Under the pieces are notes generated by a model. That model was not told the DNA's origin, did no database searches, and worked only from the letters and a program-made list of their open reading frames with translations. The position numbers and the translations under genes are program-made. A stretch of 64,000 nucleotides of DNA. It comes from Oopsacas minuta (Eukaryota > Animalia > Porifera). The stretch covers positions 643,314-707,313 of the forward strand of contig JAKMXF010000077.1 in the NCBI GenBank assembly GCA_024704765.1. The letters are read 5' to 3'. Shown one piece after another: positions 13,531 through 26,639 of this stretch (its first letter is position 1; each line of letters opens with the position of its first letter).

Positions 13531-14981
13531 ATCAATTAAATCTGAGCCATATTCACAGGATGAATGCATATCAATTAATCAACTCTCTTGATCTCTTAGA
13601 TTGGCACTAATTCCTCACGTCCGATAATGTAAAATTGTAAATTTAGTCAATTCTATAAAGCTTGAATATTGATCTCAATTACACTCTTCATTTTTGTGTA
13701 TTTAAGAATTGTTTCTAGTCTTATAGGTTTATAACACACACAAAGAAAGAATACAATTATGTGTACGTTGGGGTTTTAACAATCATTTGTTAATATGTAT
13801 TCCTGATAAGCAATATAAATACTTACTAAATATATGTATCCCTTTAATCTTCAACAGGCAAAAAATATCCCAAAGTGAATTCTTATGTCTTATTGGGATG
13901 AGGCGAGATAAATCTGGGGCTCCTTTAAGAGAGGCTTGAGAACCTGGATTTACAGGATTTGGAACTATAATTACTCTGTTTAAGTTAGAAACAAGGATGC
14001 TAATAAAATACAATGCAATACAATACAATAATCCATGCCAATTGATCAAATATTGGGTCATGGAGACTTTTTGCTTAAAAGTCCAATCGATAATGATCAT
14101 AGAAAAATTCGCATTGATTTTTCATTGATATCTCTCGACATAAATACAGTTAAAGGACAAAAGTATTGTACCACTTACCGCATTTAATACTAAGTACATC
14201 AAAGTAAAATGAATTTACTTTAACTTAAAATAACTATTAGTTATAACCAGAGAATGAACAAGATTCATTTATGTAGATTGACGAATACCGATGTATAAGA
14301 ACATGGTAGCTAGATGGGTGAATACAAATCTAACAAAATATCAGCAATTCTGAAATGGTCGAATACTTTTGTCCTTTAAATGTATATGTGTATCTATTAC
14401 AGATTAATTGCGTTATAATAGCATGGATTGTTATTTATGACTATTTCCTTAACAGTGGTGTACCGAAGGAGCTTACTGGGAGCGGCCAATATCCATACAT
14501 TCGTATCTATATATCATACATGCAAACCTTTGTGTGCTACAAAAATCCCTGGACACCAGAAATACTTTTTCACTCGCTATATGAATGCATCAAATTCACA
14601 AACTGTAGTTATAGAATTAGTCTCATTTTAATGCATGCAGTAGCCCGAGGGTACTTGAGCCCCCACTATGTGCTATAGGCCATGGTTGTTCGTTACTAAC
14701 CAGGGATGCTAATCCAATCTAATCGAGACACATTTCATATCAATTGGCTTGTCTCAAATATTTATCGGATGGATATTTATCAGACGAATTATCATCGATT
14801 TCTCATCAATACGGGGCATTCAAACGGTAAGTAACTCTATAAGGGGAGGGGGATATGTAGTACACGAGGTATGACAGGTTGACAGCCCCATTCATCTTGG
14901 TATTGCAAATTACAAAGATAACCCAGGATAGACTGTGTTTGTTAAACCAGAAAATTAGATAAAAAAATTGAGTCATAAAAT

Positions 14982-15009
<28 letters not shown>

Positions 15010-15012
<3 letters not shown>

Positions 15013-15472
15013 CTAGTCTTGGACTAAAATTACAACTACTACTCAGGCAAATTACATGATAGAAGTTAGAAATTTGAATCACACGTACGCTTCAATGTGA
15101 CAAATGTCCTAACGTCATGATTCTGAACAAATGCAAACTCATCATGACTGTACAATAATTCCTAACTGTCCAAATTTCGAAAAATTCTAGAATTTCAAAT
15201 GATCTTATGCATATTGTGTCAAGATTACTACCCAAAGCCACGAAGCAACTCCAGTATCACCACAGAAGGCCATTAAATGGATTTGGATGAACCAAGAAAA
15301 ATAAAAAATAACATTTCCACATAAAATTATGCTCGAGGCAGGCAGTGCCAAGTACAATACCCAATCGCGTGGCGCCCAACCATCAAGAAATTTAGCTATT
15401 TAGTACTTAAGTTGACCTGAGGCACTTAGTTTTAGCGCAACTACCTAGCAAGCGAAGTGGGCTAGTAAACTA
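15010..15472. repeat. Non-autonomous dispersed repeat, second copy at about 48380-48620
   Basis: Shared blocks ATGTGACAAATG..ACGTCATGATTCT and ACCACAGAAGGCCAT in both copies. Ends TACTAGT ... GCGAAGTGGGCTAGT resemble Helentron-associated elements (inference). Confidence 0.5.
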
Positions 15473-15968
15473 TAATCACAGAAGAATATATTATTATACA
15501 GCACTAATCGAATCTTTAAAATTGACTAACTATAAATAGAGATTCTCACATGAATATATCCAATTTGGCGAATGTATCCCCTAATCAGATCTGAGGCTGC
15601 TAACGATTAAACATTTTCTGTAATCATAATCTGAAACGCAATCAAAGTTTCAATATGAGTGTTATTATAATAATAATCGGAATCAGAAATGTATGTGAAA
15701 GTGTATCGTAGTCCTATTCGTAATCATGCTATAAATTAGGGATATGTCGTTGAAACTGAGAATATGTGAATAATTTCGTAGAATTCCAGTGCAATATTGC
15801 TTATATTTAATCAAAATCATAAGATCGAAAATCCCATTTTACGTCCCATCCACATAGTAAATTTATTGAGATAGTAAATTGGAATAATATTTGTAGTTAT
15901 ACAAAAGTATAGTAATCATAATCATAATCACCTTAAAGTAATCGGCCCAAACCTGCCCCAAATACTAC

Positions 15969-16065
15969 CAATGAGCTATTTTCGTCCACTGTGCTACAAT
16001 TTCGTTAGTCTTCGGTAGAGTCGACAGGTACATTCCTAGCGCAAAATCTATAATCAGTGTGACAA
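15969..16065 (-). CDS. Candidate host exon, possible first half of an FN3 repeat
   Basis: Strong acceptor tacttctttactttag, phase 1 matching the donor of exon 16408-16603. Open frame VTLIIDFALGMYLSTLPKTNEIVAQWTKIAH with an FN3-like B-strand Trp. Putative donor gtagta. The next exon was not found. Confidence 0.4.
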
Positions 16066-16407
16066 CTAAAGTAAAGAAGTATATGACAATAGTAATTTAT
16101 TCCATAAATTCTCTATCCTGAATTCTCTAGAATAGTATTTGGGTTTACATTAATTTTGATCACTCTTAGTGTAGGTAAACGATAGAAAACAAGCACAACT
16201 TTTGAAATGTATATATCTTGAATTGTAGCAGTTAAATAACTAAATATATGAAGGTTATAGATTGTTCGCGAAGTTAATTATACGTATAAGTGACTCAGGC
16301 CCCACAGGGGAGATAATTAAGGTTAGGCGATTATTAGAGTAGGGCAACTTAAAATTACGAATTATATCTGATTGGGTATAGATAAAGGGAAAATGTGTGA
16401 TTGATAC

Positions 16408-16603
16408 CTCCTTCAAGAGTATTAAAGTTGAAGTAAACAGAATCTGATTCTAAGTTAGAAAAGTTTGAACATAAGGTAATCGTATAATATGTATCTGGGA
16501 TAAGGTTAGAAATTGTAGTCTCTCTCAAGTCGAAAGGAAAATTCAATATCCTCTTTGGTATTTTTGTAGTACTGTGGTATTGTTTTTCACCAGAAATAAC
16601 TCC
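16408..16603 (-). CDS. Host exon: C-terminal half of a fibronectin type III domain
   Basis: Acceptor ttttatag, donor gtatca. GVISGEKQYHSTTKIPKRILNFPFDLRETTISNLIPDTYYTITLCSNFSNLESDSVYFNFNTLEG contains the FN3 hallmark ISNLxPxTxYxI. Confidence 0.75.
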
Positions 16604-17345
16604 CTATAAAAGACATAATAGAAATATAGGAATATACCAAAAACTAAATGAAAAGAATGATTAATATAGTTGAAAATGTATAAATGACGAAATATGCGTT
16701 TGTAAAGCATTTATGTAAAATGATAAATGAATTTTCCTAAGCAAGATATGAGTATATCTATCCCAGATGGGCAACTCTCACAGGTTTAGTATTCATGCCT
16801 CAAACGATGTGGTATCAGATGATCTTTGATCTATTATAAAAGGATCAAAAATTGTAGGAAAACAAAAGTTCTTGCAAGGTCAATAAGTAAAATCTTGGTA
16901 AAGAAACAGATCATAAATTCTGAACTCCCTTATCGTAAAAATAAATCTACGGAACTGAAAGTGATTTTACAGATAGAATACATACCTGCCAACGGGGATG
17001 CCTAATCCAGGGTTGCTGTCATGTCCTGGCCCCCAAGCCAGGCATAATCGCTGGGGGTAGTGGTCTTAATCCTGAAATAATTTCGTAATAAGGGCTAGGG
17101 CCGAGGCCTTTTTGAATTTTTGAATTTATCATAATAATAATTGTTTTGTGAGAAAGCTCCAAACTAAAACCTGAAAACTCACTTTTATCAGTAGTATTTC
17201 AACAAATCACATATTGACTGATTCTGAAACGATTCAAATCATATTTTGAGGGTAAATGTCGAAATCACACATTGCTGCAGGAGAGCCTTTTGCTTCCCAG
17301 GTTTTGATCAACTTACAAATGTTTGTTTCTCAATTATACTATCTA

Positions 17346-18656
17346 CAGGGTGTCTAATAAGTTCTGTTATATATCAATTCCCCAATAATTTCAAATTTAT
17401 CCATTGTAAAGCCATGAAACTTTCTATTTTCTTAGGACTTATGTTCCTAATTACAAATTACAAATATCATTCAATATAGCCTCCCTTTTTATGAATTACG
17501 CAAGTTAGTCTGCTCCGAAACTGATGGACAGCTTTTCGCAGCTCCTCCTGTGGGATTTTCTGCCATTCACTCAACAAACTAACTTTGAGGGACTCCAAAC
17601 TCTTGTGAGATTTCGCACAGGCCCTGCTCTCCAAGTTTGCCCAAACAGAATAGTCGAGTGGGTTTAAATCTGGGCTTGATGGTGGCCATTCATCCTTACT
17701 TATGAAATCGATATTTTGCTCACGGAACCAACTCTGGGATACTTTTGAAGCATGTGCAGGCGCAGAGTCTTGTTGGTAAGTCCAAGGATGGTTTTGAAAG
17801 AGCTTCTCACCCGCAGACGCAATTTCAGGCTCCAAGACCAGTTCTCTGTACGTCTGGGAGTTTATTTTCACTCCTTGGGGCACAAAAATCAGGTTTGTCC
17901 GTGAGTCTGCCGACACTCCCGCCCATACCATCAGAGAAAGAGGCTTCTGGACTCTATCAATGTACTTGATGCTATCTGGGATATCCTGACTTCGAGAAGC
18001 AAGTATACGGTCGTTTTGACGATTGCTTGCCTCCTCAACGGTGAACAGCTTCTCATCTGAGAAGAGAATCTGATCTTCAGTCCCAGGAGCGAATCGGGCT
18101 TTTAGTTGTATGCATCTTTCGAGTCGCTTACGACGTATGGAGTCGTTAAGATGGTGTACGTTTTTCCGCTTATAGGACTTCATTCCTAGGTCCTCTACAA
18201 CCAATTTCCGCATCGTTTCGTGATTGACACAGAATTCACGAGACATTTTTCGCATTGAACGCCGGGGATTTCTTAGGATTCGACATCTGACACTATTCTT
18301 CAGGGCTGGTGTGCGGGCGGATCTTGGACGACCAATTCGTTTCCTGTCGGACACGCTGCCAGTCTCTATATATCGTTTTATTGTGCGATAGATCAACATG
18401 GGATTCACTTTATCATTTTTTAGCCTTTTTAGAATTCACTATTGCTAAATCCAGATTCGTGAAAAGTGACAATTTTTGAACGAATTTCTTCTAACATGAT
18501 TTTCTGGGAAATCATCAACTTGAATGATATATACTTGGTATAATTTGAAAGAGCGCCAAAAATGCTACAAGAAATTCTAGAAGATTACTTCATAAGTATA
18601 TTAATAGCTACTGTCTAAGGCGCGAAAATGTATAACAGAACTTATTAGACACCCTG
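17346..18656 (-). mobile_element. maT (DD37D) Tc1/mariner element, full length, near intact
   Basis: Perfect 26-bp TIRs CAGGGTGTCTAATAAGTTCTGTTATA, TA duplications at 17344-45 and 18657-58, length 1311 bp. Confidence 0.97.
17467..18408 (-). CDS. DD37D transposase (313-aa open frame; likely true ATG at 18497, separated by one frameshift)
   Basis: FSDEKLF, QQDSAPAH, then 37 residues to the Asp in SPDLNPLDY; HTH-like N-terminus. Confidence 0.9.
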   Translation of the reverse strand: MNPMLIYRTIKRYIETGSVSDRKRIGRPRSARTPALKNSVRCRILRNPRRSMRKMSREFCVNHETMRKLVVEDLGMKSYKRKNVHHLNDSIRRKRLERCIQLKARFAPGTEDQILFSDEKLFTVEEASNRQNDRILASRSQDIPDSIKYIDRVQKPLSLMVWAGVSADSRTNLIFVPQGVKINSQTYRELVLEPEIASAGEKLFQNHPWTYQQDSAPAHASKVSQSWFREQNIDFISKDEWPPSSPDLNPLDYSVWANLESRACAKSHKSLESLKVSLLSEWQKIPQEELRKAVHQFRSRLTCVIHKKGGYIE

Positions 18657-18799
18657 TAGACACAAAACAATTGGGTTGTTGCTACCTGGATTATGAAAAT
18701 ACATTCAGTTTAGTGAATTATAAATCCATGTATTTGCCTGTCTGTTTTCCCCAATCTTCATGCGACAAGTGTGTCAAAATGTAATAGGTCAAGTTTGTA

Positions 18800-19830
18800 T
18801 TTGTTTAGTAGTATTAGAGTCCGGGATCATATGTTGTAAAATCACATTTGCTCTAATGGACTGGGGTTAAATTAGGGAGCATATCTGCTAGAATTAACTT
18901 GTAAGCAGAGGAAGACCCCTCTACATCAACAGAAGTAACTGGGCAATATTTAAAAATTGTAGCATCTTCAATACAATTTCTCCTGGTAGCTCAGCACATG
19001 ACCAGTTAAAGAATTATGATAGACACAACGTCTTGTAAGAAGGGTTCCTATCAAAAAGATCACGCAGTTGTTTGCTACTAGTTCCACTAGACCACGCGAA
19101 ATTTCTATCAGTACGTCTGAAAGATCATTAACAAGCTAAATTGAAGAATGTAGAGATTTGCAAGATGCTTCCAATTTATCTATGACTATTGGTATTGTCT
19201 TGTAGTGCAGTATAATTATGGTGTTATCATCAAAACACTGCGTTATTATCAAAGGTAAGCTGAGCAGCATCAATAGAGAAAGCATCGTGTGAATCTAACA
19301 GAGCCACAACTTCTTTAACACCTTCAAAATGTTTACCAGAAAATAATGCAGTATTTAGCTGAGTGCCCCATCGTGTAATTATTTGTTCGGGTGGCAATGA
19401 ACATTAGGTAGAATATCTTTATATATCTGCACCCATAGAGGTGATGTAAAAAGATTCAAAATTTGTTCCAAGGTGTATTTGCATACATCATGGTTTTACA
19501 AAATCATATGCAAATGTATTGAACAGCTCATTGTTGTTTTCTCTATTGTTGAAATGTCTGAATCTTAGCCACTGTTGTTTTTAAATGAGTTATGTATTGC
19601 AGTTTCAATTTATTGCTGTATTTGGAGCTATTTACCAGCTGGAACATGTTTCCGACATGGTTGGCAAAACAAACAAACAATATGCTGTCAAATCAAAATC
19701 TGCTCGGATCCACTAATTGAAAATCTCTAAATGTATATAAAGATATTCCAAAATATAGGGAAACTTGGACTAATATGAAGAGCTTTTGCCTATCATATAG
19801 TCTCACGGGTTAGTGACAACTGAAATATTT
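18800..19830 (-). pseudogene. hAT transposase remnant (CGGBP1-like type)
   Basis: PLPPEQIITRWGTQLNTALF and FKYCPVTSVDVEGSSSAYKLIL (dimerisation motif) on the minus strand, with stops. Confidence 0.7.
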
Positions 19831-21307
19831 TGTTACCAAATGAGAAGAGAATTCCTCTAATCTTGGATGAATCCAAATAGCTAACATAAGCCGTTAGGTG
19901 TAATGAGTACAAGGGATTGAATTAAAAAAATTAGGGATGTAGGAGTTGTAAATTATGTTTTAGCAATCTCAAATGTTTAAAACAAGTATGTAAATACATT
20001 TGAAATTCTGTGTGAAGTTGTGAGTAAATAGCATAGTTTCAATAATCCACTGCAATTAAATTCGTAAAATAGGTGGACACAAGTTTGAATCTGATATTTA
20101 TATGTAATACAATCAACCTGTGTTCTAAAAATATTGATACTGCAAATTAACGAAAAACTAGAACCATTCAATATCAACTTTATGCATTATTTGCACAAGA
20201 AGTTCAATCACATGCAACATATTATCCATTGAACAACACAGATGACATCATTTTGAACTGATGATAGTTGGATAACATCTGTAAATGATTAAATATCAAA
20301 AATACATTATTCGAGCCAATATGCACCGATTTTGTTTTATCGTTAAACATAGAATTGCAAATCAAAATTATAGACTTGTAGTAATCCATGGTCAATTACC
20401 GTGAAAAAGCTTTAGTTGAGTAAGCTGTGTGGTTTTCTAATTGGACCAGGTTATATTGATTACCCGGTATATTTTCAATTTTTCTGTGCATTTTGGGGCT
20501 AAGCGATTTGGTTATAATTTCAAGATATTGAATAATATGTAATAAAATTGAATAAAAAAGAACAATTTTGGACAAATATGAAAAAAAAGTAGAATACAAA
20601 GACATTCTCGAAGAACATAGGATGAAATAATAAGAACGCCTGGAACCCTGTATATTTTGAATATTTGTTTTTGCGACATCCCACCAGCATTTGAGAACAA
20701 AAAAGATTCAAATTGTACAGCAGAAATGGGGCGATGCGATACAAATGTAATTAAATATTTTTCAATAAAAATACCTTTGTATAATTCAGATAGAAACACA
20801 TTTGGCAAAATTCAGGACTACAATTAATCAAAAATATAATTATTTCCCACTGTAATCAGAGAAAACAGTTGTGACCCAATAAAATCGTCATACATTATAT
20901 AACCGATACTCTCGGTAATCTACGTTCCTGTATAGCTTTAGAAAGTGAAATAGGAGTTAGTGTGAAAGAGAACAAAATTGCTTAAAGGGTAATGACAAAT
21001 CCGCGGTTATAAATTACGTTTCTATGAAAGTAATATCTCAAACACAATCAAATGTTAACTCAATTATAAGGTAATTTATACTGATGCCAAAAATCTGGAT
21101 GAAAGTTTGATTGGGGCATAGCCTGCTAAACATAAGGCCTAGCAATATTTTCAAATTTTTGTACCACGGTTAAGTTATTAGCTGAGTATAATAACTAACT
21201 ATTGTATATTTTCATATTTCTGACATTTAATTAACCATATTGTTTAAATTCAGCATAATAGATATATATATATAGGACAATTTTTCCCTGACATACTCTA
21301 GTTACTA

Positions 21308-22652
21308 CAGGGTGTAACAAAAGTATTGTCGGGTTATATAATGAATCAAACGTAAGCAAAATACAACAATTATTACATTATTACTTCCCAATATAGCCTC
21401 CTTGTCTTTCTAATACGAGTGCTACTCGCCTGGGCATACTGGAGACCATATTTTGGAAAACATCTCCTGAAATACTACTCAATGCCCTTTCCAAATTTTT
21501 GATGAGATTATTCACGGTGCTTGCTTGCTCAAACTCTTCCACTTTGTCTTTCAGTATTGACCATAAGTTTTCGATGGGATTGAGGTCAGGTGAGTTCATA
21601 GGCCACTCCGCTTTCTGCCAAACGCTGGAAGATTCTATTTGCACCATTCTTGCGTTAGTTTGGCTGTGTGAACGGGAGCCCCGTCTTGCATAAAAATATC
21701 TCGGACATCTTTGAAGTCATGGCCCGCTGTAAAACCGATCCATTTTTGCTCTTCTATTGATCGCATCTTTGCAAGATCCAGCCAAAATCTTCGTACGATA
21801 GTACTCTCCATTAATAGTTTTCCCCTGAGGTATAACATGCAGCTCAGATAGGGCTTGGTGAGACATCAATGCCCCAAACGTGAACTTTCGCCGGAAATTT
21901 TATCTTTGTGCAGGGTTTGATTGAACCAGAATCCTTGCTCCAAACTCGGTCATTCTGTCTGTTTGGGGTTGGAAACAATTCGAATGGAGATCCACCTGAC
22001 CACAGAACTCTATTCCAATCTTCTATAGTCTAATCCTTGTGTTTCTGGTCAAATTCGATCCGGTTTTTTCTTCATTTTCAAGGTCAATCGAGGCCTTTGC
22101 GGCCTTTTAAATGGCGTAGTACCTAGAGACTTTCGTAAATATCGATGTACAGAGGTGTGAGAGACATCACAACCTCTTCTGGTTAATCTCAGAGCTAGCT
22201 TTCGTGTAGATTGCCTTCTCTTCCCCAAAGACTTTGCGATGACAATTTTCGCAACTCTATTAATTTTCGGCGGACGTCGAGACTTAGGCTTTGATTCCAT
22301 TGAAAATCCCAATTTATCGCCACGCCCCCATCCCTGAACTGATCGAATATTGACATTCCACACTTGAGCAACCTTTTTAGGCATTTCTCCTGCTTTAATC
22401 ATCCTCAATGCCTGAGATCTTAAAGATAATCCGTATTCCTGGACATTCATATCACAACAATTAAGTAGAAATTTCCAATATCACGAAAATAATTCCAAAA
22501 ATATATTTATGTAAGATTTGACTCCACACGAGTTTAACTAAGTAGTACAAACACATATTTACTGAGAGAAATCAATAGCGAGGGCTGCATACGAATGTGG
22601 AATTTGAATTCAATGTAGAGTAAAATGACGACAATACTTTTGTTACACCCTG
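21308..22652 (-). mobile_element. Tc1-like element with reconstructed DD37E triad (TRT-type), full length, decayed
   Basis: 24-bp TIRs CAGGGTGTAACAAAAGTATTGTCG, TA TSDs at 21306-07 and 22653-54. QDGAPVHTAK...WPMNSPDLNPIENLW gives 37-residue spacing after one frameshift correction. Confidence 0.9.
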
Positions 22653-22729
22653 TAGTAATGATAGTCCATCACATTCCTACTGTCATTTATGATTCATATA
22701 CACTTCTGCTCACTATTAGATGGAAATTA

Positions 22730-23430
22730 TATCTCCCTGATGCTTAGTGCTTGTTTTGGACACTATCGCATTATGGCTGGTTCGAATTATCATATTTCCT
22801 ACATTCAAATTCTAGAATCCGAGCTTCGTCTTAAGCTTCCTAACATCCTAAATATTTTCTGACCAACAGGACTCTTCTTAATCAATACATACCTTTGTCA
22901 AATCTTTTACTTCACCTTCTATTACTTTTTTTGATGACCAAATAGTTCTTGAGTCAAATCTTGATGGGATTGGCAATATGTTAACAAGTGAATAAGCTCA
23001 GGAGATACTACAGTCGTTAGAGTTCATCGGAGGATATTCGATCTATAAATTCTTGAAGGCTTCCAAGAGTGTAGATTGAGCACTGATAGCCTAACTTATG
23101 ATAAAGAATCTATTCCAAACAGTGATTCAATTTCTCAATTCAAGTTCTTGCAATTAGCAGATCGAGGGGGCTCAAGTATCCATCTGAGCCTGTTTTTAGC
23201 TCTGTCATGATTCTCTGTAAGATTCTGTTTGCTATTGAGGACAATAATTATTTGGCGAATGTACTTGTAAACGGTCCAGTAGAAATATTAGTTTCGCTCA
23301 TTGACATACATGGAAGAAGAGGCAAGTATTGATTTATGGATATCAAACTATTATATCTATAATGTTACGAGATGGGATATCTTACTCAAACTTAATATTA
23401 CTACTGTCAATTGGTTTCTTGTCAACAAGA
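22730..23430 (+). pseudogene. P-element/THAP9-like transposase C-terminal remnant
   Basis: CFGHYRIMAGSNYHISYIQILESE, LEFIGGYSIYKFLK and LADRGGLKYPSE motifs. Confidence 0.6.
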
Positions 23431-24612
23431 TTGAAAACTATAATTCACTTGTAATTTATAGAGGCATAGAATAAGGTAAATTGAAAAAGTTCTCATGATT
23501 TTGTGAAATGTATGTATAATTAATGCAATTGTATGTATATTTTACAATTATTTTATATGTTGAAGCTAGGGCTATTGTCTAATATCCATTAGTTTCAATG
23601 AACATCAAATAGATTTTCAATATCTTAGTTTAATGCCAGCGAAGTCTAGGCGTCGTTGCAGGGGGGTCGGGGGGTCGGGGAGGCTGGCATATCTCGCCCC
23701 AGGATTTGTTCGCTGGATTGGGTTTGTTCTTCAAAATGAGTTGATATATATAATAGTAGTGCTCCGCCTTCTCAGATTGTCATTAATATTCGAAAGTTCT
23801 ACACCTATGCAGCGGGGGATTATTAACAAAAATTGAGATAATATTTTCCTGGGGCTTTTGGGATGAGTTTTAGAGATATCACGTGATCATGAAACCCAAA
23901 TATACCTTTTGTTAAACTATTCTCTGGGAAATCAATTCGAAATCATAATCTCAAAGAAAATTGGGGGGATTCATCATATTCACAATAATGTTGACATAGT
24001 TCCAATACTCAACCATCGATTAGCATTAAATAGTTGAATTCTGATGAATTTAGGTTAAGATGATTCGTTTGAAAGACCATAATTTATGTAGAACATAATG
24101 AATCCACATTCGCTCTCACTACCAACTGAGAATTTGTATGCCTATATCTCCGTAAGTTGCCAATATTCTGGCATGAAATTTAATGTACATAATTACACCA
24201 TCAAAGGTAGATATAGGTACAAAAATCGAATTCCAACATATTAGGCGGATTAATTGAAAGGAATACTAGGCCCTAGCAGCATTAACAAATATAGCAAAGC
24301 AAAAATTCAAAAAGAAGAACACATTGCGAAAGGTCAAACGGTCTTCAAAGTATCATACAAATTTTCAAATATCTGAATGGAGGAAGTGAGTCACATTAGT
24401 GAATGACCTAACGCAAGATAAGTGATGGGCAAACCTTTTTGCTATACACAAAAAAACAAACATTTTAGATTCTTCTGGCCGCACCTCATTCCTGGCTTAA
24501 ACTAAAAGGTCAAAAGTTATATTCAACATAAGCAGGAAACCATATCACATTGTTAAAATATTCAGCATTAAAGAATAATATATATTATAGTTTATAGGAT
24601 GCTATAGCTATA

Positions 24613-25919
24613 CGAAGGACACTCGAAAAGTTGTAACGTTGATCGACATATTAGATAGTAATAATAAAATTGACTCTTACATTTTTCAAAATACTCTCCC
24701 TGACAATTTATACATTTTTCAATCTGGTAACCAATTATCAAAACATTTTTTCCACTCTTCTTTAGGTATGTCTCCGATCGCTTGGAAAAGTGCCCCTCTT
24801 AACTCCTCATTAGTCGAAATCTCCTCCCACGTAATTGATCTTTGAGTGTAGGGAACAACCAGAAGTTGCAAGGGGCTAAATCAGGACTGTAGGGTGGGTG
24901 ATGTAATGTTTTGAGTCCAGAATTTTCCAATAACTCACGAGTTCTGATTGCCGTATGCGATGGCGCATTATCATGATGAAGAAGAATTCCTCTAATGCCT
25001 GTCTTCTCCCGCTGTGACTCAATTGCTGTGATGAGTTTGGGTAGGCACACTGTAGTATACCAGTCCGCAGTAACAGTCTTTCTATCCTCGAGAGGAACAG
25101 CTTCGACAAACCCACTAGATCTGAAAAAAAATCGCCCACATTTGTTTCCCAACAGATCTAGCCCTCCACACTTTGGTTGGAGGTGGGGCATCTTCTTCAA
25201 CCCACTCCTTTGACATTCGCTTTGTTTCTGGATCATAATGGTATATCCATGTCTCATCACCTGTAAGGATCTCAGAAACAGCTCTTGAAATTCCATTAGC
25301 AAACCTTTTGAGCATAATTTTGCAAAAGTCTATGTGGGATATTTTTTGCTGTAAGTTCAAAGAATGGGGATCCATCGGGCACACAACTTCCTGACACAAA
25401 GCTCTTTGTGCAAAATGATATTAATTGCCCCCGATGATAACTCGGTTTCATACTCTAACTGAGCGTACGTAATATGAGGATATTTAGTAATTAGATCTAG
25501 CATTTCATTGACATTTTCTTCATTATGTGAAATATTCGGTCTTCCTGAACGAGGGGCATCTTCAAGAACAAAGTTTCCGTGAATAAATTCCCTGTACCAT
25601 CGTTCAACTGTACTTAGAGAAGGAACTAGATCCAGGAAATGTTCCTGTAAAGAGTCATAGATTTCTACTCTTGTCTTCTTTAGGGTTGAATAAGATCAAA
25701 ATCATTGCTCGAAAATCAAGTTTTGTGAGATCTGATTTAGATTGAGATATTTTAGAAGCCATGTATACTAAAATTATCTAATTTATGAAAGTAGAAGAGG
25801 TAAATGAATGAAAGTTTCAAAGTAGAGTAGTAAAATATGTCTGAAAAGATGAATGCAGAAAAATGTCCGACAGATTAATGGTTCCATATCAAACGGCATA
25901 ACTTCTCGAGTCCCCCTCG
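24613..25919 (-). mobile_element. mariner (DD34D) element, full length, frameshifted
   Basis: Termini TACGAAGGACACTCGAAAAGTT (24611) and TACGAGGGGGACTCGAGAAGTT (25921, minus). Motifs LTGDETWIYHYDPETK, HHDNAPSH, HPPYSPDLAPCNFWLFP. Confidence 0.92.
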
Positions 25920-26056
25920 TATAATACTATTATCATATTTGAGGTAATATTTTGAAATAATGTATGAAATGACCGAACAGCATCAGATATTGACAGATTA
26001 TAATTTGTGGAAAATTGTTATCAAATATATAAACTCAAACCCCTAAATTACTTTAA

Positions 26057-26637
26057 TTAATTATCATTCTCCAATTCTATGCTATTACATAAGATATCTT
26101 GTGGAGTAATTCGGTCATTTGCACTAGAATTCCTCGTCTTTGTGGCTGTAAAAAGATTCTGCAATAATAGGGGATCACAACAGGTCAGAAGGTGAACTAG
26201 AATATCTTGTACATTGTCAGAGAATGATGTTTTTCTTGGAAGATTTTCCCGATACCGCCTCACGAATATTATACAAGATTCTAAACATTCTTCTGATAGA
26301 TTCTGCAATCCCTTGACATTATTGTATTCTCCAAAATCTTGAAAGTATGAGAATGTAGCTTGTGTAAATAGGGGGCGATGTTAGCCAATGAAAACTGAAA
26401 TAAAATGTATTCTTACGTTTTTTACATAATTCTTCCATTTTATTACAATTGATTAAGTTACCGCTGTTCACAAGACCTGATACCGCGGAGAGAGATTAGT
26501 CTGGATCTTCACAAATAAGCGTTTTTCAGATGGATTAATCGAAAGAGTCGCCCATTTTAAAAGTGTCACTTATCCAAAAAGCAATCACGTGCAATGTTCC
26601 CAGTAGTTGATGCACCGACCTGACTTGATGGAATATC
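26057..26637 (-). pseudogene. RAG1-core-like/Transib transposase C-terminal remnant (third lineage)
   Basis: GASTTGNIARDCF, ANIAPYLHKLHSH (HxxxxH zinc ligands) and GLQNLSEECLESCIIFVRRYRENL (catalytic Glu motif). Truncated upstream by the mariner end at 26638. Confidence 0.8.
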
Positions 26638-26639
26638 TA

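Noticed and set aside
13783-14100. 105-aa ORF as a host exon
   Set aside because: The apparent acceptor lies in a MITE terminus and the peptide has no FN3, Ig or TM features.
14664-14670. CACTATG as the 3' end of a 1.3-kb non-autonomous element starting at 13396
   Set aside because: No TSD (ATATT vs TGCTA) and no similarity to the element 2 3' end beyond about 9 bp. It more likely belongs to a hAT-like MITE starting near 14453.
15987-15993. CACTGTG as a Transib right end pairing with 13396
   Set aside because: It falls in the candidate host exon (GCA CAG TGG = AQW). The flanks ATATT and CTACA do not form a TSD, and similarity stops after 8 bp.
16985-17072. Exon-like segment with strong AG/GT signals on the minus strand
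   Set aside because: All three frames contain stops. The apparent donor coincides with a CATACCTGCCAAC repeat terminus.
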